A DNA stretch of 46,784 nt from Candidatus Hadarchaeota archaeon. GTDB lineage: Archaea > Hadarchaeota > Hadarchaeia > Hadarchaeales > Hadarchaeaceae. The translations under genes and the position numbers were made by a program. Location: positions 1 to 46,784 of the forward strand of contig JBFLWG010000001.1 of the NCBI GenBank assembly GCA_040757795.1. Direction: 5' to 3'. Positions 18,115 to 25,823 of the stretch are shown here, one piece after another. A model generated the notes under the pieces. The model saw only the letters and a program-made list of their open reading frames with translations. It was not told the DNA's origin and ran no database searches. Position 1 is the stretch's first letter. Every line of letters begins with the position of its first letter.

Positions 18115-18150
18115 GAGTTTGTCAGGATAAATTCCAAATACACGACCTGA
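18115..18150 (+). pseudogene. Relic of an argJ 3' end (encodes EFVRINSKYTT-stop), carrying the right copy of the 15-bp repeat at 18121-18135
   Basis: The intact argJ end is DYVRINSRYTT-stop. The same peptide is encoded here with different codons after the core (aaa tac acg acc tga versus cgt tat act acg tag). The relic lies 46 nt upstream of the argB ATG. Confidence 0.6.
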
Positions 18151-18196
18151 GTGTCAAATTTAATAACATGCAACGCGTGGAGTCTTTTGTGGTGGA

Positions 18197-19081
18197 ATGC
18201 AGGAACGCGCAAAGGTGATGCTGGAGGCGCTCCCCTTCATCAGGGAGTTCCACGGTAAGGTCATAGTCATCAAGATAGGTGGGAGCATAATGGGAGAAGA
18301 GAAGCTTCTTGACTCCCTCCTCCAGGACGTTGTCCTCCTCAACCTGTTCGGGATGAAGACGGTGCTGGTCCACGGCGGCGGGCCCGAGATAAGCGAGGAG
18401 ATGAAGAAGATGGGAGTGAAGCCGAAGTTCATCGAGGGGCTGCGCGTCACCGACGAGCAGACGATGGAGATCCTGCACGAGCAGCTGGCCGGGAAGATAA
18501 ACAAGCAGGTGGTGCTTGGGATAAATCACCACGGCGGGAAGGCATTCGGGATTTCTGGCATGGATGGGAGCCTCATCCGCGCGCGCAAGCTCCTTTACAA
18601 GACCACCACCAGCAAGGGGAAGGAGGTCGAGATAGACCTCGGGCTTGTCGGTGAGGTGGAGAGGATAGACCCGAGCATCATCGGCAACCTGGTCAAGGCC
18701 GGCTGCATCCCTGTGATCGCTCCCATAGGGATAGACTCTGAAGGGCACAGCCTCAACATAAACGCCGACACTGTCGCCGCGGAGATTGCCGTGGCCATGC
18801 ACGCGAAGAAGCTTGTGCTGATCACCGACGTGCTGGGGGTCATGCGCGACCCCAACGATGAAAAAACCCTGATCTCGGCCATGACGACGGGGGAGGCGCA
18901 AAAGCTCATCCAAGAAGGAGTGATCAAGAAGGGGATGATCCCAAAGATAGAGGCCTGCCTCAGGGCGGTGCATAGTGGCGTTGACCGCGCCCACATCCTG
19001 AAGGGCACGGCCCCGCACGTACTGCTGCTGGAGCTCCTGACAGAGAGCGGCGTCGGCACAATGATTGAGCGGGGAAAGTAG
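18197..19081 (+). CDS. argB: Acetylglutamate kinase
   Basis: VIVIKIGGSIM, LVHGGGPEI, INADTVAAEIA, GMIPKIEA. Confidence 0.93.
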   Translation: MQERAKVMLEALPFIREFHGKVIVIKIGGSIMGEEKLLDSLLQDVVLLNLFGMKTVLVHGGGPEISEEMKKMGVKPKFIEGLRVTDEQTMEILHEQLAGKINKQVVLGINHHGGKAFGISGMDGSLIRARKLLYKTTTSKGKEVEIDLGLVGEVERIDPSIIGNLVKAGCIPVIAPIGIDSEGHSLNINADTVAAEIAVAMHAKKLVLITDVLGVMRDPNDEKTLISAMTTGEAQKLIQEGVIKKGMIPKIEACLRAVHSGVDRAHILKGTAPHVLLLELLTESGVGTMIERGK

Positions 19082-20266
19082 ATGGAAGCCGAGAAGCTTA
19101 CCGAACGCTACATCGCGCGGACATACAAGCGCCAGCCGCTGACGCTGGTGAAGGGGCGGGGGATGTATGTCTGGGACACGCGAGGGAAGAAGTACTTGGA
19201 CTTTGTCGGAGGGATAGCCGTCTGCGCTCTTGGCCACTCGCACCCTGCGCTGGTGAAAGCAATTTCAAACCAGGCGGGAAAGCTAATTCACACTTCCAAC
19301 CTTTACTACATACAGAAGCAGGCGGAACTGGCGGAGCTTCTGGCCACCGTGACGCCGGCCGAGATAGGAAAGTTCTTCTTCTGCAATTCGGGCGCCGAGG
19401 CGAACGAGGGCGCTCTGAAGCTCGCAGTCAAGCATACCAAGAGATCACGCATAGTCGCGATGATGGGCTCCTTCCACGGCCGGACGGCTCTGACGGTGGG
19501 GGCCACCTGGAAGGCCCAGTACCATGAGCCGTACAGGGCGATCATCCCCGAGGCGATATCATTCATAAGATACAACAACCTCGGCGCCGCTGAAAGCGCC
19601 ATTGACGATGACACCGCCGCGGTGATAGTCGAGCCTGTGCAGGGCGAGAGCGGCGTCAACATCCCGTCTGACGATTACCTGCCTGGGCTGCGGAAAATAT
19701 GCGACGAGCGGGGCGCACTCCTGATCTGCGACGAGGTCCAGACTGGGGTGGGCCGCACGGGCAAATGGTTCGCATGCCAGAACTGGAAGGTCGGGCCGGA
19801 CATAATGACGATGGCCAAGGCCCTAGGGGGCGGCTTCCCGATAGGGTGCATGGGGGCGAAGGAAAGAATCATGGATGCTTTCACTCCCGGCGACCACGCT
19901 TCCACATTCGGCGGGAACCCTCTCGCGTGCTCGGCGGCGATCGCCACCATCAAGACAATGAAGAAGCTGAAGCTGCCGGAAAAGGCCGCATGGACGGGGG
20001 AATACTTCATGAAGAGGCTGGTGGAGCTGGAGCAAAGGCACAACTGCGTGGAGGATGTCAGGGGGCTGGGGCTGATAATCGGGATGGAGCTCGATGACAA
20101 GGGCAAGGCCGAGAAGGCCGTGGAGCTGGCGCGGGCGCGGGGGTTCCTGATAAACTGCACTGCTGACAAGGTCCTGAGGTTCGTCCCGCCGCTGATCGTG
20201 GAGCGGCCTCAAATAGACAGGCTTATAGCGGCCCTTGACGGCATCCTGACGGAGGTGGAAAAGTGA
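19082..20266 (+). CDS. argD: Acetylornithine aminotransferase (class III PLP)
   Basis: FCNSGAEANEGALKLA, LLICDEVQTGVGRTGKWF, TFGGNPLA. The ATG immediately follows the argB stop. Confidence 0.9.
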   Translation: MEAEKLTERYIARTYKRQPLTLVKGRGMYVWDTRGKKYLDFVGGIAVCALGHSHPALVKAISNQAGKLIHTSNLYYIQKQAELAELLATVTPAEIGKFFFCNSGAEANEGALKLAVKHTKRSRIVAMMGSFHGRTALTVGATWKAQYHEPYRAIIPEAISFIRYNNLGAAESAIDDDTAAVIVEPVQGESGVNIPSDDYLPGLRKICDERGALLICDEVQTGVGRTGKWFACQNWKVGPDIMTMAKALGGGFPIGCMGAKERIMDAFTPGDHASTFGGNPLACSAAIATIKTMKKLKLPEKAAWTGEYFMKRLVELEQRHNCVEDVRGLGLIIGMELDDKGKAEKAVELARARGFLINCTADKVLRFVPPLIVERPQIDRLIAALDGILTEVEK

Positions 20267-21192
20267 AGGTCGGGCATGTGCTCAGCATCCAAGACTTGAG
20301 CGGCGCCGAGATTGAAAAGGTCCTTGACCTTTCGGACAAACTCAAGAAGGAAGTAAAGGCGGGAAAACCGCGCGAGCTGCTCCACGGCAAAACCCTTGGG
20401 ATGATTTTCGCCAAGCCATCGACGCGCACAAGGGTGAGCTTCGAGACTGGAATGACTCAGCTGGGAGGCCACGCGCTTTACCTCGGCATGAACGACCTCC
20501 AGCTGGGCCGGGGCGAGACAATAGCCGACACTTCCAGGACTTTATCTAGATACGTGGACGCTGTGATGGCCAGGCTCTTCGCGCACAGGGACATCGAGGA
20601 GCTTGCGAAATATTCTTCTGTCCCAGTCATTAACGGCCTCACCAACCTCCACCACCCCTGCCAGACGCTCGCCGACCTCATGACCATCCGCGAGAAACTT
20701 GGGAAATTGAAAATCGTGGACGTGTCCTGGGTGGGCGACGGGAACAACGTGTGCAACTCGCTGATGCTGGGCTGCTCTCTGGTCGGGGCAAACTTCCGCG
20801 CGGCCTGCCCGAAAGGCTACGGGCCTCCGGAGGATGTCGTGGCGCAAGCCGTGAAAAATTCCAAAAAATCCGGAGCCAAGATTGAAATCTTGAACGACCC
20901 TGAAAAGGCCGTGAACGGGGCAGACGTCATTTACACAGATGTGTGGGTGTCGATGGGGCAGGAAAAAGAATCTGAACAGAAGATGAAAGTCTTCAGACCT
21001 TACCAGGTGAACGCCGGACTCGTGAAGCTGGCCAAACCAAATGTAATAGTCATGCACTGCCTGCCTGCTCACCGCGGGCTCGAGATAACGGACGAGGTGA
21101 TCGACGGGCCCCACTCAGTCGTCTGGGACCAGGCCGAGAACAGGATGCACTCGCAAAAGGGGCTTATTGTGCACCTCCTGGCCAAAAAGTAA
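20263..21192 (+). CDS. argF: Ornithine carbamoyltransferase
   Basis: STRTRVSFE, HPCQTLADL, HCLPAHRG. The GTG start overlaps the argD stop (GTGA). Confidence 0.93.
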   Translation: MKVGHVLSIQDLSGAEIEKVLDLSDKLKKEVKAGKPRELLHGKTLGMIFAKPSTRTRVSFETGMTQLGGHALYLGMNDLQLGRGETIADTSRTLSRYVDAVMARLFAHRDIEELAKYSSVPVINGLTNLHHPCQTLADLMTIREKLGKLKIVDVSWVGDGNNVCNSLMLGCSLVGANFRAACPKGYGPPEDVVAQAVKNSKKSGAKIEILNDPEKAVNGADVIYTDVWVSMGQEKESEQKMKVFRPYQVNAGLVKLAKPNVIVMHCLPAHRGLEITDEVIDGPHSVVWDQAENRMHSQKGLIVHLLAKK

Positions 21193-21229
21193 TGTTTTTT
21201 ATACCGGAGGAAAATCTGGAGATGAGAGG

Positions 21230-22195
21230 ATGAGGCTGCTTGTGGCTCTTGGCGGGAACGCGATAAAGCAGGCGAAGGAGACGGGCACCACCCTTGAGCA
21301 ATTCATCAACTGCAAGAAGACGGCCGTGCTCCTGGCGAAGGTGGTCAAACGCATGGGGCCAAACGACAGGCTGATCATCACCCACGGCAACGGCCCGCAG
21401 GTGGGCAACCTGGCCGTGCAGCAGGACTTGGCAAAAGCGGCGATTCCTCCTCAGGACCTTGACATCCTCGGGGCGATGACGCAGGGCCAAATAGGTTACA
21501 TGCTCGTGCAGATGCTTGACAACCAGATGAAGGACCTCGGAGTCAACAGGCCTGCGATTTCGGTGGTCAACAGAGTGCAGGTGAGCAAGAACGACCCAGA
21601 GTTCACGGGGGAGAATGCATCAAAGCCGGTTGGGAACTTCCTCGCGGAGGAAGAGGCCAAAGAAGTGAAGGCCAAACACCCGGAGTACATCTTCAAGAAG
21701 GTCAAGCCTGGAGAGGGCAAGGTTTGGAGGCGGGTGGTCCCGTCGCCAGACCCTATTATCAACGTCGAGGCCGAAGCCATAAGGAAGCTGGTGGACGCGG
21801 GCGTCATAGTCGTCGCCTCCGGCGGCGGCGGCATCCCCGTTGTGCTTGATCCTGACGGCCACAACCGCGGCGTCGAGGCTGTCATAGACAAGGACCTGGC
21901 GGGGGAGAAGCTGGCCGAGGTCGTGAACGCCGACACTTTCCTGATCCTTTCGGACGTGGAGAAAGTAAAGCTGAACTTCGGGAAACCTAACGAGAAGGGC
22001 ATCGACCGCATGACCGTCTCAGAGGCCGAGAAGTACCTGAAGGAGGGCCACTTCCTCGCGGGAAGCATGGGGCCGAAGGTCAAGGCCTGCATCAGGTTCG
22101 TCAAGTGGGGCGGGAAGAGGGCAATCATCTCAGCGCTTGACAAGGTCACGGAGGCCCTCGACGGGAAGACGGGGACCGAGATAATTCCGGGGTAG
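21230..22195 (+). CDS. arcC: Carbamate kinase
   Basis: MRLLVALGGNAI, ITHGNGPQVG, VASGGGGIPVV, VIDKDLA. ATG 21230 is in frame with the track ORF that starts at 21167. Confidence 0.9.
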   Translation: MRLLVALGGNAIKQAKETGTTLEQFINCKKTAVLLAKVVKRMGPNDRLIITHGNGPQVGNLAVQQDLAKAAIPPQDLDILGAMTQGQIGYMLVQMLDNQMKDLGVNRPAISVVNRVQVSKNDPEFTGENASKPVGNFLAEEEAKEVKAKHPEYIFKKVKPGEGKVWRRVVPSPDPIINVEAEAIRKLVDAGVIVVASGGGGIPVVLDPDGHNRGVEAVIDKDLAGEKLAEVVNADTFLILSDVEKVKLNFGKPNEKGIDRMTVSEAEKYLKEGHFLAGSMGPKVKACIRFVKWGGKRAIISALDKVTEALDGKTGTEIIPG

Positions 22196-22198
22196 CCT

Positions 22199-22381
22199 AT
22201 GCTGTCCGAAGAAGAGGGGCTGACGGCGTTTCTGATTATGGTTCCTTTGTCTGCAATCCTGTTTATCTTGGCGCTCGCAAGCTATTTGCTGGTCAGAGGT
22301 TTGACTGGGATGTTATTTGCCGCCCTTTTTATAACTACATGGTTTCTCATCGTGGGGGCGCTCGCGAAGCGCCGCGTGTGA
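22199..22381 (+). CDS. Small 2-TM membrane protein
   Basis: 60 aa with two hydrophobic helices. The ATG lies 3 nt after the carbamate kinase stop. Confidence 0.45.
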   Translation: MLSEEEGLTAFLIMVPLSAILFILALASYLLVRGLTGMLFAALFITTWFLIVGALAKRRV

Positions 22382-22421
22382 CCCGTTTTATATCCTAGCT
22401 GCCGGTTAGAATTGTGATAAC

Positions 22422-22991
22422 ATGCGAGGTAAAGGCCCGATGCCCCGTTTCATGGAAATCCACATCTGGAAGGCCCTTGAGCTGATAGGAAAGCACAACC
22501 GGGTCGGGCGCAAGCGGCTGGTCGAGAAGCTCGGCGTCGGCGAGGGCAGCACCAGAACCATCTTGAACAAGCTCAAAGCCAAACGCCTGGTCACCTCTTC
22601 CAAGGGCGGGCATTCAATCACTGAAAAAGGGCGGAAGCTTCTGAAAACCGCCCCGCATTTTTTGAGGGTGGACGCCGGAGACCTGACGGTCGGGAAGTTC
22701 GACGTGGCCACGACCATCAAGGGGGCCGCCAAAAGGGTAAAGTTGGGTCTGGAGCAGAGAGACGAAGCCATCAAGGCCGGGGCGGACGGGGCCACAGTGC
22801 TGGTTTTTTCCGGTGGAAAGCTCAGGTTTCCGGACAGCTCCACGGAAGTGAAAGGTCAGGTGGCGGCGGGTCTTGTAAATACCCTTCGCCCGAAGGATGG
22901 AGACGCCGTGGTGATCGGCTCGGGAGGCACGGCTGGCCTTGCCGAGGACGGTGCCAGGGCCGCCGCGGCGAGCCTCACCAGGAAGCCTTGA
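22422..22991 (+). CDS. Archaeal winged-helix protein with a C-terminal uncharacterised domain (DUF4443-like, from memory)
   Basis: N-terminal HTH-like IWKALELIGKHNRVGRKRLVEKLGVGEGSTRTILNKLKAKRLV. 189 aa. Confidence 0.55.
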   Translation: MRGKGPMPRFMEIHIWKALELIGKHNRVGRKRLVEKLGVGEGSTRTILNKLKAKRLVTSSKGGHSITEKGRKLLKTAPHFLRVDAGDLTVGKFDVATTIKGAAKRVKLGLEQRDEAIKAGADGATVLVFSGGKLRFPDSSTEVKGQVAAGLVNTLRPKDGDAVVIGSGGTAGLAEDGARAAAASLTRKP

Positions 22992-23370
22992 GGATCTCGA
23001 GGTTGTCGCCGTCCCTGATCTGGTAGTCCTGCATCCCCACGGGCGGCTCCGCGCCATTGACCTTGTAAACCCAGCTCTGCTGCACTCCGCCGACTTTTGT
23101 AATGATCGAGGAGCCGAAGCTGGGGTAATATGTCGTCTCAAGGCTGGCCGCCCTCAGCAGGACATCAAAAGGAGTCATCCCTTTGTAGACTGTGACCTGC
23201 GTGTTTATGCCGAGATTGTCGATTCTCAGGTTCACTCTTATGTTCTCTCCGTACACAAACTGCTCCACCTGCCTCGTGATTCCGCCGGTCACGGCATAAC
23301 CTCCCGCGAATGAGAGGAATCCAGCCACCGCGACCAATGCCACGGCTTGTGTCAACGCAAGTTCCTTCAA
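22975..23370 (-). CDS. Membrane-anchored DUF4430-like (beta-grasp, transcobalamin-like) domain protein
   Basis: N-terminal TM, then the pattern GMTPFDVLL...ITKVGGVQQSWVYKVNGAEPPVGMQDYQIRDGDNLEI, which is typical of DUF4430. TTG start. Confidence 0.6.
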   Translation of the reverse strand: MKELALTQAVALVAVAGFLSFAGGYAVTGGITRQVEQFVYGENIRVNLRIDNLGINTQVTVYKGMTPFDVLLRAASLETTYYPSFGSSIITKVGGVQQSWVYKVNGAEPPVGMQDYQIRDGDNLEILKASW

Positions 23371-23374
23371 CTTT

Positions 23375-23995
23375 TCACCTCCATTGGCTGCTTTTCACAG
23401 ATGTCTTGACTGCGACCGAGACGGGTACCCTCACCCTTACAAGCGCCTTCCCCAACCCCACCATAGGCGGGATGAAAATCAGCGACGAAAGGTGGTAGAG
23501 AGTGAACGGGATTTGGCCAAGGAAGGCCGCCCACAATGACATCCCGGTCGTCAGGGAGTGGCCAAAAAGGCCCGTCCAGACGTCAAACGCGATTATCGCG
23601 ACAGCGCCAGTGAGCATTGTGCGCCCGAGCAACTTGCTTGTCCTGTCAAACGGGGAGAGCCTGTTCCTCAGCCCTATGAACCAGCAGAGGGCGAGGCCCG
23701 ACCAGGTGAAGATGTAAATCGGGAGCGGGCCCCAGAAGGCGAGGTCAATGACAATGACCGTGACGAGGGCGACGAGGCCGAAGTACCTGGTGAGCCACCT
23801 GCCAAAGCGGCCGGAGCCCAAGGGTAGGGAAAATGAGCCTATCACGACAAGGGCAGGGATCACCAGCTCAAAGTTCGGGTATGTTACGCCGCCGAGGTAT
23901 AAGAGCTTGCTCAGCGCCATGAGCAGGGCTCCCAGTACCACGAATATCTTTATCCTTCTCGCCAGCACCCGGCTTGACTCGGATCTCAGCTTCAT
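23375..23995 (-). CDS. Polytopic membrane protein (about 6 TM), possible substrate-capture component
   Basis: Hydrophobic throughout. The ATG at 23995 is preceded by the minus-strand TATA-like TTTATAT about 26 nt upstream. The functional guess rests only on the DUF4430 neighbour. Confidence 0.5.
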   Translation of the reverse strand: MKLRSESSRVLARRIKIFVVLGALLMALSKLLYLGGVTYPNFELVIPALVVIGSFSLPLGSGRFGRWLTRYFGLVALVTVIVIDLAFWGPLPIYIFTWSGLALCWFIGLRNRLSPFDRTSKLLGRTMLTGAVAIIAFDVWTGLFGHSLTTGMSLWAAFLGQIPFTLYHLSSLIFIPPMVGLGKALVRVRVPVSVAVKTSVKSSQWR

Positions 23996-24187
23996 CAAAG
24001 TTGGATGGTATGTCCAACATATAAAAGTTCCGAAAAACCAAGCCCAACATCAAATATTCAGTGTTCATTGCCTGGTCAAAACTAACTGGTTGAGCTCCGT
24101 GTATATTCTCTGTGTACGCAATCGTTTCGGTGACTTCATCTCCCAACCACAATCGCTGCGTCTGTAATGTAACAATTTGCCACGCGA

Positions 24188-25558
24188 TTAAACCAGCTTT
24201 TCGTAAAGCTTCACGTATTCCTTCGCGATCTTTTCCCACGAGAAGTTTCTGACGACGTAGTTCCTAGCGTTCTTGCCCCAAGTCTCTTTGTTGTCCGCGG
24301 CCTTCTCAAGCCCGGCCGCCAGCACATCAACCGACTTGGCGTCCACCCTCAGACCAGCCTTGCCGTTTATCTCGTCCTTTATCACTTCTTTGAGCCCGCC
24401 CACGTCGCCTACCACCACGGGCTTCGCGCAGGCCATTGCCTCCAGGGCCACGATGCCGAAAGCCTCCTCCAAGGAAGGGGAACAGCTGATGTCGCACGCT
24501 TTGTAGAGCATTGCAACGTCCTGCCTCATGTCAGCATTTTGGATTACCACCTTGTGCCTCATCTTGTCGGGCATTTCCTCCCTGATTTTTACGAGTTCAT
24601 CATATGTGTAACCGTCGAACCCCATGATTGCTAGGGAGTAATCCGGGTGGGACTTGTGAAAAATCTTGAACGCCTCCAACAGGTTCTTGTGGTTTTTCTC
24701 CCAAACGAACCGCCCCGTGGAAAGGATGAACGGCTTGGTTATCCCGTACTTGTGAATGACTTTCTCCATCTCCTTGTGATCCTTTTGGGTGGGCGGGGAA
24801 TAGGTTGCGGTGTCGACGCCGTTGTGTATCACTTTGACCTTGCTCTTGGGGAGGTCGTAGGCCTTGATAACCGACTCGGCGGTGGCGTTCGAAACGCAGT
24901 GGACAACGTCGGCTTCCTTGCAGCCCTGGGCCTCGAAGAAAAGCCTCCTGTCGATGGCGTGGACCCTTGAGCGGAGGTCGGCTGAAAATCCGTACTCTTC
25001 GGCGACTTTAAGGATGTCGAGGTAGTTGGCGGGCGGCCTCGGGACACTCATGTGAACGGAAAAAACTGCTGGGACATCCGAGTGCTGCTTTATTATCGGG
25101 ATGGCCTTGGCCGTGAGCCAGTCGTGACAGTGGAGGATGAGTGTTTCGGGCTCCATCAGGTGCAGAGTTGGAAGGAGCCGCTCGTGGGCCACCGCTGAGA
25201 CGAAATCCAGGGCGTCAACCAGGTCCTGCGAGCCCTCCGCCACCCTGAACATCCTATCGTCGGGGCTCCTCTGGCGCTCCAATGGGATGGCGTTGACGTG
25301 GACGTTCCTCTTGTAGTCAAAGCTGATCGTCTTCGTTCCAGCCGTCGCCCGGACAAAAATAGTACTGTCGTAAGGAACGTGGGGGTAAAGGCTCGTCACA
25401 ACCACGTCGAGGCCCCCGGTGTAAAGGACATGGGGGACGGCCGCTTGAAATCCCAGACCCACCACAAGCAGCTTCGGCTTGTGATTTTCTTTGTTCCCCC
25501 TCGGCTTGGCTTTTCCTTCCGATTTTGCTTGGGCCGCGACCTTGCTGACTCTTTTCAT
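24188..25558 (-). CDS. GT-B fold glycosyltransferase (family 4 / glycogen synthase-like)
   Basis: HCHDWLTA in the N-domain. C-terminal E-x7-E region PSLEEAFGIVALEAMACAKPVV. Confidence 0.8.
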   Translation of the reverse strand: MKRVSKVAAQAKSEGKAKPRGNKENHKPKLLVVGLGFQAAVPHVLYTGGLDVVVTSLYPHVPYDSTIFVRATAGTKTISFDYKRNVHVNAIPLERQRSPDDRMFRVAEGSQDLVDALDFVSAVAHERLLPTLHLMEPETLILHCHDWLTAKAIPIIKQHSDVPAVFSVHMSVPRPPANYLDILKVAEEYGFSADLRSRVHAIDRRLFFEAQGCKEADVVHCVSNATAESVIKAYDLPKSKVKVIHNGVDTATYSPPTQKDHKEMEKVIHKYGITKPFILSTGRFVWEKNHKNLLEAFKIFHKSHPDYSLAIMGFDGYTYDELVKIREEMPDKMRHKVVIQNADMRQDVAMLYKACDISCSPSLEEAFGIVALEAMACAKPVVVGDVGGLKEVIKDEINGKAGLRVDAKSVDVLAAGLEKAADNKETWGKNARNYVVRNFSWEKIAKEYVKLYEKLV

Positions 25559-25689
25559 CGTTTCAATCCACTTTCCAATCTCGTTAAATAACTTTTGCTC
25601 AGGCTCTTAAACATCACGCTGCGCCAGATTTTTGAACTAATGCGCCGTACCTATGGTTTTAACAGTAAAAGACGAAAACTAAGCTCGGT

Positions 25690-25791
25690 AGCCCCGTGGT
25701 GTAGATCCGTTCTGAACAGACGGAGCACAATGGTCAAGCATCCGGGCCTTTGGAGCCCGTGACGTCGGTTCGAATCCGACCGGGGCTACCA
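25690..25791 (+). tRNA. tRNA-Gln (anticodon UUG) with a 26-nt non-canonical intron in the D-loop; CCA is genomically encoded
   Basis: Acceptor AGCCCCG/CGGGGCU, anticodon arm CGGGC-CUUUGGA-GCCCG (UUG at 25750-25752), T arm GUCGG-UUCGAAU-CCGAC, discriminator A, CCA at 25789-25791. The gene is 99 nt without CCA, and all of the excess lies between GUGUAG and UGGUCAAGCAU. Confidence 0.85.
25705..25730 (+). other. Predicted tRNA intron (between tRNA positions about 15/16) in a bulge-helix-bulge fold
   Basis: Central helix GUGU (25699-702) / GCAC (25725-728). 3-nt bulges AGA (25703-705) and AAU (25729-731). Inner helix UCCGU (25706-710) / ACGGA (25720-724). Cutting after the 2nd nt of each bulge yields a canonical D-loop AGUGGUCAA. 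Confidence 0.6.
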
Positions 25792-25823
25792 CTCGATTGC
25801 CTCACAATTCCTGAAACACACAT

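Larger units (their letters stand above)
16914..18120. mobile_element. Inserted AT-rich fic cassette (about 1.2 kb) bounded by the 15-bp direct repeats; no recombinase gene inside
   Basis: Hand-counted lines give about 40% GC, against about 55-60% in the flanking arg genes. It carries its own TATA box and a single gene. It interrupts the otherwise contiguous argJ-argB junction. Confidence 0.55.

Noticed and set aside
16914-18120. Looked for an integrase, transposase or terminal inverted repeats inside the fic cassette
   Set aside because: Only the fic ORF fits in the segment. No recombinase-like ORF or IS-type terminal inverted repeats were seen, so I do not call it an IS or a complete integrative element.
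18122-19243. 373-aa minus-strand ORF antisense to argB/argD
   Set aside because: It has no recognisable motif and a Leu/His/Pro/Arg-rich antisense composition, and it fully overlaps two strongly supported genes.
11204-20266. Possibility that argC/argB/argD are LysW-dependent LysY/LysZ/LysJ homologs
   Set aside because: No lysW or lysX-like gene is in the window, and a canonical argJ with an intact ATML autoprocessing site is present. The acetyl-cycle annotation is kept, although bifunctionality cannot be excluded from sequence alone.
20263-22195. Reading argF plus the carbamate kinase gene as a catabolic arginine deiminase (ADI) operon
   Set aside because: No arcA or antiporter is nearby, and argF is translationally coupled (GTGA) to argD within a biosynthetic block. 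I kept the pairing only as a question about the source of carbamoyl phosphate.
23868-24239. 123-aa minus-strand ORF bridging the end of the glycosyltransferase gene and the start of the membrane-protein gene
   Set aside because: It overlaps both neighbours and has no motifs. The 24000-24187 spacer more plausibly holds the promoter (a TATA-like box 26 nt upstream of ATG 23995). I cannot exclude a small ncRNA there, but I saw no convincing structure.
25690-25791. The over-long tRNA-Gln as a disrupted pseudogene
   Set aside because: All four arms are perfect, and the extra 26 nt forms a bulge-helix-bulge whose excision restores a canonical D-loop. An intron is the better explanation.
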